Source: Octopus vulgaris (lineage: Eukaryota). Taken from it: a stretch of 64,000 bases of DNA. Within the stretch, counting starts at the first letter, position 1; every line of letters starts with the position of its first letter. The position numbers and the translations under genes are program-made. Shown in pieces: positions 12,250 to 25,149 of this stretch. Below the pieces are notes generated by a model that worked only from the letters and a program-made list of their open reading frames with translations, ran no database searches and was not told the origin of the DNA. Where the stretch lies: positions 204,228,001 to 204,292,000 of the forward strand of contig OX597814.1 of NCBI GenBank assembly GCA_951406725.2, in the 5' to 3' direction.

Positions 12250-14360
12250 ATGCTGAATGTATGAGGTCTTTCACACTTCATAAATAAAACAAAAGTATCA
12301 TATCTTGGAGACCTTATACAGTGAGAAAGGACAATATGCATAGCACTAAGTGAAATGCACCTGTGACTGCAGAATACAGAAACAAAGAGAAATAGTGATG
12401 TTCATTCAAGAAGACCTGGCAACAAATGTCCTCTCCCTCCTCTCCCACTCCAACACAGTGCATGATACACTAATAATGCATGTGATTGACCTCAATTTCA
12501 TCATAGGCATTACTTACTACCTTGTTGATGCAGCTAACTACAGAGATCATTTCAAAGATGCTTTGTCACTCATAAGTCAAATCCCAAATGAGCCCAGCAC
12601 ACAGGCAAATGTACTTTTACCTGGGGACTTTAATTTTCCTAGTCTCAGTTGGCCTGAGGCCTATATCCAACCTGAAATTAAACAACTGAATTGGAGAGAT
12701 ATGAATGCTCTTCTTGATACCACTAAAGACTTCCTCATGCAACAAATTATTACTCGTCCAACTAAGGGAAATAAATACCCGACCTAGTCTTTACCATCAA
12801 TACAGACTTTATTCCCAATTTTCAGGTCATTCCCACAGCTAATTTCGACCACAACATTGTACAATTATCAAAGAGGGCAACACACACCATATCAAACATG
12901 ACTCACTCTGCATGAACTTGAATTATAGGAATACCAAGTGGAAGGAAACTGAAATTGAAATCCTCAAAACAAACTGGTCTCCACATATTGGGAACCCCAA
13001 TGTTAATGAGGAAATGATGTTTCTGTATGAAGAGTTAATCAGGATCTGTTGAAAGCATGCCCCATATAAACTCACCTATTCTTGCAAGCACTTGATCCTG
13101 CAAGATAGATAGATACTAGTATGTAACAGAACCAAACTCTCTCAACAGATGCAATCGAGAAGAAAAAACAGAACATCAATCTGGACCTAAAACTATCTCA
13201 TGAAAAAGAAACTTCACAAAGGGAACAATGAGCAGTGTAAAATATAAAATCTATTTCCAAGTTCCTTTTCCACTTTGCTAAAGAAAAATTAGCCACACAA
13301 AACCAGAATGGCTCTCTAATGGATCAAAATGGATCATATACAAATAATCCATCACAAATATGCACATTCTTGAGTTGACATTATAACATTGCAGTTTCCC
13401 AACATATAGTTAACAAAATAATATATGAGCCAAATGAATTCTTTGATCCCCAGGACTCAACTGCAGACACATCTGAAAATTAACAGTATTATGGAAGATG
13501 ATATACGTACAGTTAATGACCTAGATTCAAACTCAGCAGCTAGACCAAATGGTCTCCCAACCATACTGCTACAAATGTGCAAAAACAGCCTCATGAAGAC
13601 ATTAGAAATGCTATTTCAAAAGTCACTAGATACCAACGAATTCCCAGAACTACTGAAAGACACAACACTAACACCTATGGACAAAGAAGGGTAACAGGGC
13701 TGAAGCTAAAAATTACAGACCTGATTCTCACACATCTCACACATCTACAATTATCAAATGCATTGTCCAAAATAGAATTAATACAAAATAGAATTAATAC
13801 AACCTTGTAGATTACATACAGCACAGTTTTTGAACTGGATGAAGTTGCCTTTCACAACTATTACAGCACCATAACACTATTTTTAATATTTACTTGACAG
13901 GAAAGGACACTGACTGCATATACTTTGGTTTTGTTAAGGTGTTTAATAAGAGTGCTCATGGAATCATCTGTCATAAGTTAAGGGATCTTGGTAAAACAGA
14001 AAAACTCAGAGGAAAGCTCTGACTTCCTACATAGTAGGAACTAATCTGTTGCTGCAAATGGTTTTCTGTATGCAAAGTCACCTGTAATAAGTGGTATGCC
14101 TCAGGGAATGGTTCTGGGACTATTATTATTTATCATTGACCTATCTCAAGTGCACACATCCAAACTAATGTGTTACACTGATGATGCAAAAATATCAATG
14201 ATTATCCATACTCTAGAAGATACTGTAACACTCCAAAATGAGCTAAACCCCATTTATCAATGTGCGAATTAAAACAATATGAAATTTAATACATCAAAAT
14301 TTCAGGTTCTTCATTATAGAGGATATACACACAAATCACAATATTTGATGCCAGAATGAT
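12250..14360 (+). mobile_element. CR1-group LINE ORF2, heavily decayed (APE endonuclease + RT)
   Basis: LLPGDFNFPSLSW, QQIITRPTKGN, DLVF, DHNIV; SAARPNG, NYRP, GRSCLSQLL-like, SGMPQGMVLG, YTDDAK; many stops and frameshifts. Confidence 0.85.
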
Positions 14361-14379
14361 TCAGAGTGCTAATGACATA

Positions 14380-14538
14380 CTGTTATATCCTTAAAATGTT
14401 GAATTGTTATAACGCCCACTTTGGTATACAGTATACTTAGTAAAACCAGTAAAGAAATTACTGTCTCTGACCGCCGACTACGCACTCTGTATACTAAAGT
14501 GGACATTATAACAATCCAACATTTTAAGGATATAACAG
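14380..14538. repeat. Inverted repeat, 52-bp arms, TGT...ACA ends, in the LTR position of a Gypsy remnant
   Basis: 14380-14431 vs 14487-14538, four transition mismatches. Confidence 0.9.
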
Positions 14539-15815
14539 CAGGGACAAGAATTTAAACAACCCACGAAGAATTAATAAACTCAATGAAAATAAACCAATTC
14601 ATGTGGAGTTAATAGAAACTCGAAGAGGAGTTAATAAACTCACAAAGTTGGTGTATGAATTTTACAAAAAATTGTAAAAGTATGGAAAATTTGTTGGCAG
14701 GTTTGCTCAAGTTTCAAAAACAGCAACAACAACAGCTGAAAGAACAATGACAGCAGCAGCTACAACTGCAAGAACAAAACTGAAGCAACAATACCACCAA
14801 CAACAACAACTGAAAGAACAACAACAGCAGATGCAACTGCAAGAGCAACAACAGAAACAACAACAACAACAAATAATATTACAGCAACAAATGCTGCAAT
14901 TACTGAAGTCATCAGGAAATTCAGAAAAAATGTTCTCGTCAGACTCTGTCACGAACTCCATAACAGAGTTCAAATATGAACCAGACAAAGGAATTACCTT
15001 CAAGGCATACTACAGAAGATATAAGCAAATCTTCAATAAAGGATGTAAAGATTAGGATGACGAAATGAAAATGTGCTTAATCTTAAGAAAACTGGCAGCA
15101 GCAGAACATGAGTGTTACAGCAATTGTGTACTCTCAAGAAAACCTTCAGACATAAACTTTAATGACACAATAGATATATTGTGTAAAATTTTCAGTGAAA
15201 AAATCTCATTGTTGAACACATGTTGGAAGTGTCTGCACATAGAGAACAATAATGATGAGGTCTACATCCCATGTGCTGGTAGAGTAAACAGGGAATGCAA
15301 GAAATTTAAGTTGGATGAATATGTTCAAATACCTGATTTTTACACAGAGACATACTACCAAAAAGGATGCAGAAGTTAAAACTAGAATTCTCGCAAAACT
15401 GGAACAAAACCAGGATGTAACCCTACATCAAATGCCAAAAGAATGTGAAAGGATAGTCAAATTAAAACATGACACAGAGGAAAGTGAATGTAATGATTGT
15501 TTCCAAGTAAAGCAAGTGTGAAATAGTTAGAATAGAGATGAAGTGTTTTCTAAAAAACACAACAAAAATCAAGAAATAAACCTATGTATACACCAGAGGA
15601 AAAATTGTCCATTTAAAAATGCAGAGTATTTTTGTGGAAATATAGGACATATAAAGATGCACTGTAGAACAAAGATTAAAAAAAAACATCACAACAAAAG
15701 AAAAAGAATAAATAGTATGTCATCAGAAGAAATTGGTAATATAATGAGGAAATTTGTGAAGGTGAAAATCAGAAATGCATGTGTTAAAAAGCAGTTGGAC
15801 ACTGATAGTGATATC
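14539..15815 (+). mobile_element. Ty3/Gypsy (K02A2.6/Mag-like) gag-protease remnant
   Basis: Q-rich N-terminus, SITEFKYEPDKGITFKAYYRRY, LILRKL, CCHC remnant CGNIGHIKMHC, protease-like QLDTDSDI. Confidence 0.85.
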
Positions 15816-16020
15816 TTCGTGCACTATGAGCAGAAACATTTCAGACATACAAAAGAGATTAAAAGACATGTTTCCTGGTATATTTTGTACACTGCGGAAA
15901 CCACTCTCTGGACCATGTCCTCCAAGAAATTGGATTTATGGTTTCCATGGTCACTGATGCATTGAACTTTGTTCACTAAATCACCATTCTTCTGAAAGTA
16001 CGATGGACCAGCCTTTGTGA
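15816..16020 (+). mobile_element. hAT (Tip100/ZMYM1-like) transposase fragment
   Basis: Across a frameshift: MSRNISDIQKRLKDMFP / FVHCGNHSLDHVLQE...VTDALNFV (CxxH motif). Confidence 0.7.
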
Positions 16021-16042
16021 TGAAAATGTCATATATATATAT

Positions 16043-16089
<47 letters not shown>

Positions 16090-16399
16090 TATATAGATCT
16101 ATATTGTGTTGTGTGTGTTAGTGTGTGTGTGTGTGTGTGTATGCGCGCGTGTGCATGTTTATATCTGGTTGAGTGACTGAGGCAGGTGCAGTAATAGAGA
16201 ACTCTATAATAGTCACAGATTTGAAATGTCTAAATTTTTTCAGCTACCTGACATGCCATTTATCTGCACACACACACACACACACACACACAGAGGCACA
16301 TGCACTCACATAGACAAAAATATATATATATATATTTACACATGCATACATACACCCACTCACATATACATATGTATGTGCATGCACAAAGAATTAAAA

Positions 16400-16672
16400 G
16401 TCAAGTTGGCCTCAGTAGATTTGAACTCAAAACACAAAGAGCCAGAAAAAAAGAGTAAAACAAATAATTGCTTCTAATTTAGACTGACGGACAGCAATTG
16501 GATGGAGAGAGTAGCCAATACCAACAACCTCAGCAGTAAACTGGTACTTTATTTTATTGACCTCAGAAGGATGAAAGACAAATTTAACCTTGGCAGGATT
16601 TCAACTTAGAACACAAAGAGCCAGAAGGAATATTTTTTCCAATGTTCTTACTGTTCAGCCATCTTGCCACAC
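16400..16672 (-). mobile_element. SINE family B fragments
   Basis: ctggtacttt...gacctcagaaggatgaaag...accttggcaggatttcaact. Confidence 0.6.
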
Positions 16673-16794
16673 TATTAATAATATTAAACTTAGTTAATAA
16701 ATAATGTTGTTTATTGTTTGTTTCTTTTTTGAGTGTCTTGCTTTTTAATCTTCTCCAAACACCAAAGGGTATGTTTTTCAAATGAAGTAGTATA

Positions 16795-17007
16795 CACACT
16801 CACTCACACACAAAACTCACAAGCAGCATCCACATACAGATACATACTCATAGACATTCACACAACACATACACATAGATATATATATACACACATAGAT
16901 ACACATGCACACACACACTTACACTCACATAAAACATATACACACAGATACACATTGACACAAGTACACACACACACACACACACACGTAAACACACACA
17001 CACACAC

Positions 17008-17038
<31 letters not shown>

Positions 17039-17310
17039 AAACACAAAATAACACACACATAAAAGACACATGCAACACATTTACAAACCGCAAGCATGAC
17101 ACACACTCAAATCCCACACATAAAATGCAGAGAACACAAAACACACAGAAAAATGCACACACAAGAAACACACAAAAAATAAACACACACACACAACACA
17201 ACACACAACACACACACACAACACACACACACAACACACACACACACACACAACACACACACACATCACACACATGCAACACACAACAGACACACACATG
17301 CACACATAAA
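16795..17310. repeat. Degenerate (CA)n tract
   Basis: CA-rich low complexity. Confidence 0.9.
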
Positions 17311-17319
17311 CTGTCACTC

Positions 17320-17630
17320 TCTCAATTATGATGACAAGTGTTCCAGTTGATTCAATCAACAGAACAGCCTACTCATGAAATTAACATTCAAGTGGCTGAG
17401 TACTCCACAGACACATGTAAATGTCATTCTCAAGGTGATTCAGAATGACACAGAATTTGACAAGGCTGATCCTTTGAATTACAGGTACAACTCACTTTTG
17501 CCAGCTGAGTAGACTGGAACAATGTGAAATAAAGTGTCTTGCTCAAGAGCACAACACACCATCAGGAATCGAACCCACAACCTTGCAATCACGATCTCAA
17601 TACTCTTAACCACTAAGCCATGCATCTTCA
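17320..17630 (-). mobile_element. tRNA-derived SINE family C
   Basis: Homologous to 37189-37573 and 29252-29550; head ends cttaaccactaagccatgcatcttca. Confidence 0.85.
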
Positions 17631-18589
17631 CAACACACAAAATATATACATACAAAATACAAACACAAAATACACACACATAAAATACATACCTTCTTAT
17701 ACATGCACACACTCTCATCCACACACACACAGTATATTTGTATCTCTGCCACCATCCCTTACAAACACATATTTACCCTATTTATGAAAATACACACGCA
17801 TACACTCTCTCTCTCTCTCTCATCACATGTATATATACAAAGACTCGCACGCACATTTACAAAGGACATAACGCACAAACGCATGTTCACAAACATACTC
17901 TTCACACCATCAACACCACAACCACATTAACATAAGACATGACTGAGTCAAACAGACTGAAACTTGCATAATAAGCAGTAAAATAAAAATTTTCTTTAAA
18001 TTCTTTTAATTTTTTTTCTGCTTTTTTTTTTCTGGAATCTGATAATGAAATTTCTGCTCTTTTGATATGGATCTTGCTAAAATTCTTTTAAAATGACAAC
18101 CTTTAGAAGTTTATGTCTTTAAACAGAAGTTGAAGAGAATTATGGCACCCTTCCATGGGTAGATGAGTTTTGACACTCTAAACTCACATAAGAAGAAAAA
18201 AAGGAAAATAAAAAGGAAAATATTGTGCATAAATGTAGCAACACTCATATATGTAGACTTACAAAAATTATATTTTTGACCCAAGCTTTTATGTAAAAAA
18301 TTAAGATTGTTTCTAGTACAACAGAAATTGGTTATATATATAATTTTCTGTTAATTTTCGAAATACCAATGAAAGCTAAGTTCTCTTCTGATCTGATCTT
18401 GGTGGTGGTGGTGGTAGCAGCAATGGTGATGGTGAAGTTAAATATTACTGCTCTGATAATTATCTTTTGATAAATGTTATTTTTGACTCAACAACTTCCA
18501 TAAAGATATTCCTCATTGGTGCTTCTAGATACATACAACCTCATCAGGAAATGTCCCAGTTTCAGAAAACTGACTCTAAGAAAAAAACC

Positions 18590-18797
18590 AACGAGGGAAG
18601 CCACCTGCTCAAAAATAGCAGCCAATTCTCCCTTAAACCACACCCTGTTGTTATAAATAATTAAAGGATACCAGAGATAACATAGATCTATATATCTTGT
18701 GAAAGATAAGAATGGTCCCAGCTGAAATGCCTTCTAAAGTGTTAACTTTGTCATGACCGACTTGAGGTTAAACAACATTAATAACAACAACAACAAC
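18590..18797 (+). mobile_element. Dispersed repeat family D (3' tail ending (AAC)n)
   Basis: acctgct.aaaatagcagccaa...aatgcctt...taaacaac; related copies ~33365-33575 (+), ~36150-36235 (-), ~43565-43740 (-), ~60298-60400 (-). Confidence 0.6.
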
Positions 18798-20029
18798 ACT
18801 CTTTTGATTTAGGTGATGCCATACTAAATAATTCATCAGGCTGCCAAGATTTCCCAAAGATTATGCTGCCATGTCATTAATGTGACAGCCAAACCATTTG
18901 CTAAAAGACTACAGTGATTCCACAGTAGATAAGCCATTAGTTTATCTGCAGAGTCTATGGTCACTGGGAACTTATTGTTTCTATCTAACTAATGAGCTGA
19001 ATGCTAAGAACAGAAATGTAGGAGCTTGTGGTAGTGTGATAATGTAATGGCAGTGTAGAGTAGAGGTGTGTGGGTGTGCAGGTATGGTAGTGTAGATGGG
19101 TTTTGGTGTGGTGGTCACATCAGATTGGTGGGAAGTTGACATGTAGCTAGTTAGAATAGAACATATGTAGAAAGAAGTAAAATAGAGCATAATAAAGCAG
19201 AAGATATTTGAGTTATACATGTAAAATAGAGTACAAAACAACAGAGTACAGTTGTACTCCATTGTATAATTAATATGATACAAGCACAATAGAATAAAAT
19301 AGAGTAGGGTGGAATAGAATATGATAAAATAAAGTATGACAGAATAGAGCAGAATATAACATGAAGTACAATAGAATACACAAGGTTAGAGTACAAAGTA
19401 GAATGAAATAGAACAAAATAGAGAGAAAAGATTAAATTTGAAGAGAAAATAAAAAGAAAGAAACAGTATAGAATATGTAAAATATCAACATCACAGCCAT
19501 TATCATCGTCATTGTCATCATTATCTTTTTATCTTTTTACAAGTATTTTTTCCATGCATTCTTTTTTCCCATCTTTCCACTATTACAACTATTCTGTTGC
19601 TCTTCACCCATTTCTGTATGGTCAGTCATCCCCTACTCTCCCCTACTTTCTTTCAAATGCATATTTATCATCGATCACCCCTTAACCAATTTTCATCATT
19701 CACTATTTTTGCCCTGCTCCATTCCTACTCAGTCATTAACTATCCCTCACTCTCCCCATACACTCTTGCAACCTCTACCCACCCACACTTTCACCCACTC
19801 ATTCTTCTGTCCCCACTCACTTCTAGTTATCTTCTTGTATTTTGAGGTCCCATGCTAACATCTTATCATTACTATTCTACTCCTATTTCCAACTCCACCC
19901 CATTGTTCACATCCACTCTCATATAATGCTCTCAGCCATGTAGTTCCATTACAGCAAGAAATCTGTTGTATTCCGGACACTTCTTTCATACTTTAACCTT
20001 TCATTACCTAATGTAATGTCATCTTCTTC

Positions 20030-20932
20030 TCTAGGCATCAGATGTGTGCAAGAAACAAGTTTGTGCCAGTATGGACAGATGATGCAAATGGATGAGGATA
20101 TCTGTATAAAATATCCACAATTATTAAATGTAGCTGGAACTTGTGGAAGAGGGAGATCCAGGAGATATGAGGTGTAGTGGCTGAGATGACAAAAGGACTG
20201 GGATCTCTGGTGATATGAGGTTCTTGTAAAAACTTGCCCACCTCAGTGAAACTGAGTTCTGGAAATGCTATTTCATGTTCTCCAGACATTACAGTGATTC
20301 CTCCAGTTCATGTATTACACCTACCTCTTCCACTTCCCTCAGGACCTAAAGACTACCCAACCATGTCATATCTCTCTCTTGCCCCCACTCATTCCCAACA
20401 ATTGTATCATCTTTACAACTCCTGCTGCTTGTTACCCCACTCTTCTACATCCTTTTAACTTCCCAAAATCATGGTTCTTGTATGATGATACACCCTTCAA
20501 TCCAACTTACTTTAGCAGTCAACATCCTCACCCCTCATTCTCTTCCTCATACAATCTTGCAAGCCACCCACCCATCCACTTCTACGCAGCTTTGTGGGGC
20601 CACCTGGGACAACATCCCCATTATCTATCTCTTGCTGCTCCAACTGATCATTTTCTTTTTCTCTTTCCCCTACTACATGTGAGTAGCCATGCAAATCATT
20701 CTACAGGAACCTGCTATGCCCTCCTCCCCACCTCATAGTAATCCCTTTGTCTCCTCACGTGAATCTGCACCATTCTCCCACCTTCCCCCAGAGTTTGTAG
20801 TCCTGCAAACTGCATGGCAACCTCAGTTGTGCAGACATTAGAGCTTGAAGCAGTCTTTGAACACATCAGATCCTTCAAACCATCAAACCCAGGTTAGCAT
20901 GGATATTAAATGGTGAATGATGATGATGATGA
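20030..20932 (+). mobile_element. Old RTE 3' end with long pyrimidine-rich UTR
   Basis: IRCVQETSLCQYGQMMQMDED...GTCGRGRSRR, then C/T-rich tract, then aaccc...agcatgga...(GAT)n tail. Confidence 0.65.
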
Positions 20933-20963
20933 TATAGGTGGAGTAACATGCTTTCTGAATCAC

Positions 20964-21005
20964 AACTGTCCAATGAACAGGAACTTGAAACTCTCAGTAG
21001 CAGTT
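20964..21005 (+). ncRNA. Minimal type I hammerhead ribozyme-like motif (mutated; Penelope pLTR type)
   Basis: aactgt CCAATGA acaggaactt GAAA ctctcag TA gcagtt; same family as 59227-59268 and 59287-59328. Confidence 0.6.
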
Positions 21006-21051
21006 TTTTGTGCTGTTTTCGCAGCTTTAATAATGAAGTATATATATATAT

Positions 21052-21234
21052 ATATATCAGATACATAAAGAAAAATATACCAGATAAGTAGAGAATTAAT
21101 AGTTATACAGAGAAATACCAGATATGTGTGTGTGTGTATACACACACACACACACACACATATATGGTATTTCTCTGTATAGCTTTTAGTTCTCTACTTA
21201 TCTGGTATATTTTTTCTGTATGTGTCTGATATAT
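21052..21234. repeat. Fold-back palindrome with (TG)n/(CA)n centre
   Basis: atatatcagatacata...ataccagataagtagagaa...agagaaatacca vs tggtatttctct...ttctctacttatctggtat...ctgatatat. Confidence 0.9.
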
Positions 21235-22174
21235 TTTGTCTATCTATTGAATAACTGAATGTGTTATATCCACTAATACCCAAAACAAATTCTGTTGCTA
21301 TGTATCTTTAATGTATATGTAAACATATTTCAACATCAATTAGATTTTCATGAAGCTGATTTTATTTTTCATGTAACCAATATTTCTATTACATTTCATT
21401 TGTGCGTGTGTCTGTGAGTGTGTGTGAGTGTGTGTGTGTTTGTGTGTGTGTGTGAGTGTGCACGTGTATGTGTATGTGTGTGCACGTGTATGTGTGTGTG
21501 TGTGTGAGTGTGTGTGTGTTTGTGTGTGTGTGTGTTTGTGTGCACGTGTATGTGTGTGTGTGCACATGTATGTGTGTGTGAGTGCGTGCGTGCACATAGC
21601 TGATTTTATTTTATTCCTATAAGATATCATTTGTTCAGCCTATATCCAAATAACTGGCTAAAACTGCAGCTTTTTTTTGATAAACAAAATCAATTTTTCT
21701 TTTTTATTTTTGTTTCATAATTATTACTGATAGAATTTTTTTTAACCCTCTAAAATATCAGAGTAGACACTTATACAATCAATCAAGTAAGCAAATAAGC
21801 TGGGTAAGAACAGAGGCATTTAATATTTTGATAGTTTGATATGTTGAATATAGATGAGTGATGACAGGGGTGTTGGGTGCATAAGAAATATACAATGGCT
21901 TGAGTAATTTGTCACATTGAAATAAATTCTGTAAAAGTAGTCTCTTAAATTGTTTTAATCTAGTATGTATATATTGACACATTTAACCTTTGTCAAAGTT
22001 TATGAACAGGCTAGGCTATTAGAGGGTTGGTTAGAATACTTTGTAATATATGTCCTGAGTCTCTGTGCCCTAAGTTCAAATCTCAATGAGGTCAACTTTG
22101 CTTTCATGCTCTTAGGGTTGATAAAAACATACCAATCCAGGGTGGCAGAATGGTGTAACTACAAGATCAAACTG

Positions 22175-22472
22175 GCACTCTGTGGGTTATGATAATGAAG
22201 ATTCCAGTTGATCCAATCAATGGAACAGCCTGCTCATGAAATTAATGTGCAAGTGGCTGAGCACTACATTAAGGGCATGTAGTTCTCAGGAAGATTCAGC
22301 ATGACACAGAATGTGACAAGGCTGGCTCTTTGAAATACAGGTGCTACTTATTTTTGCCATCTGAGTGAGCTGGAGCAACATGAAATAAAGTGTTTTGCTC
22401 AAAAACACAATGTACTACCAAGTATCAAACTCATGGCTGAATATCCTAACCACTAAGGCACACACCTTCACT
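22175..22472 (-). mobile_element. SINE family C
   Basis: ttccagttgatccaatcaatggaacagcctgctcatgaaatt...taaccactaaggcacacaccttca. Confidence 0.85.
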
Positions 22473-22819
22473 TGTAATTACAACAATGTCAGATGCCTAA
22501 CAGAATTTATTCAGTATTCTGTGTTGCAATCTTGCCATGGCTTACGTGAGTGGCAGACTTAATCCATCTCCAAGTTTAATGTTCTTTGTAATGTCAACCA
22601 ACTTACAGAGTGTATAGGGTGTTCTTTGTGTGTGATACCAGCACTAGTGAAGTTACCGAGTGACTAGTAAAAGAAGACAAGTTCCTTGACTGCATAGGGC
22701 TGCAGCAGAGTGATGGAAGGACATCCAGTTGTAGAAACTGTGCCAAAATAGACACTGGTGCTCAGCACAGTCTTCAGAACTGTTGAATCATCCATCCCAT
22801 ACAAGCATAGAAGACAAAA

Positions 22820-23830
22820 GTTAAATGAAGATGATGCTGGTGTTGGTGGTGGTGGTGGTGGTGGCAGTGCCGACGATGACAATATTCATGATGATGATGA
22901 CAATGAGGATAACAAGGAGGGGAGGAGAAGAAGGAGGGGGGAGGAGAGGAAGGATGGAAGAAGAAGAGGAAGAAGAGAAGGAGAAAAGGGTGGAGAAGAG
23001 AAGTGGAGGAGCAGGAGCAGGTGGTGGAGTAGTAGAAGGAAGAAGGAGAAGAAAGAAGAGGACAGTGATAATAATGACAGCATCAAGGGAAAGAATGAGA
23101 AGGATAAAGACTGTAACAATTATGATGATGAGGAGGAGGAAGGGGAAGAGAGAAGGATCAAATGATTATGATGGTGGTGACAATGACAATGATGTTGACA
23201 TTGGTGATGATGATGACGACGACAGTGATGATGATGGTGATGACAAGGATGATGGTAATGATGATGGTGGGGGGCAGAGGAAGAGGTGGATTATGAAGAC
23301 GACAATAATTGTGATGATAACAACAGCAAAGTTGATAGCATAAAAGGAAACGAAACCGAATTAGCTATTTGTCACTTTATTTGTTCATAAAGATAATGGT
23401 AATTAGTCGTTTTAAGTATCAATTACTTACTACAAAGTCAAAGAACGAAATAAAGATCAAGCAACATCAACAACAACAACAATAATAATATACATCACAC
23501 ATGTTTGCTGTTAAAGTACATGTTAATCTTTTTCTATTGATTCTTCTTCTTGCTCTTCTCTTTCTCCACCTTCTTGTTTTGTTCTTTATCTCTTTCTCCT
23601 TCATCTCCTTCTCCTCCTCATCCTCCTTCTTCCATTTCATCCTCTTTTTCTTCTTCTTCTTCTTCTACTGCTGCTGCTGCTACCACTACTGCTGCTGATT
23701 CTTCTTCTTCTTCTCCTCACTTTCCGCATTCCTCATTCCTTCTCCTCTTCCTCCTCTTCCACCACCACCTCCTCCTCTGCCTTCTTCTTCTTCTTCTTCT
23801 TCTTCTCCTCCTCCTTCTTCTTCTTCCCAA
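22820..23830. repeat. Compound trinucleotide low complexity (GAT/GGA/GAA block, then CTT/CCT block)
   Basis: Purine-rich 22820-23330 and pyrimidine-rich 23540-23830. Confidence 0.9.
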
Positions 23831-24243
23831 TAGCCTGACCTCTACAGTCAAAGCAGTATAAACACAAAGATGAGGCGGAGATACTGTCTGTCTTTTAAAG
23901 AAGAGCAGGAAATATTTAATGGAATAATGGAATCAGTGAAGATCTATTCACCAAATATTCTGCTCTCGGTGCCAGATATTGAATAATTTGTGTGAAAAAA
24001 GAAACTGTGATTACTGATTGTTATTGAAGAAACTGAAGATCAAACTACATTCTTGATTTTTGGATTTTTTTTTTCCTTAGATATGTCTATTGATTTCCAT
24101 ATGTGAATATGACTTATATATTAACAAATATATACATCAATATATGTATGTTTGTGTGTATACACACACATATATATTGAATGTATATACATGTGTGTGT
24201 CTGTGAACGTTTGTATATCCTCATATAAATAAATATGTATATG

Positions 24244-24281
<38 letters not shown>

Positions 24282-24339
24282 ATATTCTCATATAAATAAA
24301 TATGTATGTGTATAATAGATATATATATATGAGGACATA

Positions 24340-24606
24340 CATCATGTGATCATGTGATCGATCAAACTATGAGATGCTGTTATACATCACTGGTCACAAT
24401 GTGCTTCACATTGTTATAGCTTTCAAATGACACTACCCTACAGGCTAGACGAGCAGGCCAACATTCCCACTACTGATCTATCACATGAACTGGAGCAATA
24501 TGAAATGAAGTGTTTTGCTCAAGAACACAACTTAGCCTGGGAATCAAACACATGATCTAGCTATCATGAGTCCAGCACTCCAACCACAAGGGCATTGCAC
24601 CTTCAC
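24340..24606 (-). mobile_element. SINE with family C head and a different tail
   Basis: Shares aactggagcaa..tgaaat.aagtgttttgctcaagaacacaac...aaccac head; distinct catgtgat-repeat tail. Confidence 0.7.
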
Positions 24607-24658
24607 ATGATGACAGACATCAATTATATATCTACATATATATTTATTTATGCTTATG

Positions 24659-24695
<37 letters not shown>

Positions 24696-24697
24696 AA

Positions 24698-24927
24698 TTT
24701 TCTTTATTGTCCACAGGGGGCTAAACAAAGGACTTAAGAGGGGACAAACAAAGGGTTTGAGTCGATTACATCAACCCCAGTGTGTAATTCATACTTATTT
24801 AATCGACCCCGAAAGGATGAAAGGCAAAATCAACCTCGGCAGAATTTGAACTCAGAACGTAATGGCAGACAAAATACCGCTAAGCATTTCGTCCAGCATG
24901 CTAATAATTCTGCCAGGTCACCAGCTT
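24698..24927 (-). mobile_element. SINE family B, full length
   Basis: Reverse complement of 39198-39420. Confidence 0.88.
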
Positions 24928-25149
24928 GATATATATATCATCATCATTGTTTTACATAGGTTTGTGGAAATTTGTTGAGGCAGATTTTTCTATTGCCAGA
25001 TACCCTGTTTTTCCCAAGTAAAGCAATATTTCCCAATAACCACATGCATTTTCACAGAAGTTTGACAATGAAGAACACTTCTTACATGACGATAACATTT
25101 ATTTACAGCCATTGCACATGTGATTATCTTGCATTCGAAAATCATGTCC

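Noticed and set aside
14707-15055. PolyQ host protein or Cys-rich antisense protein
   Set aside because: Q-rich leader of a decayed Gypsy gag
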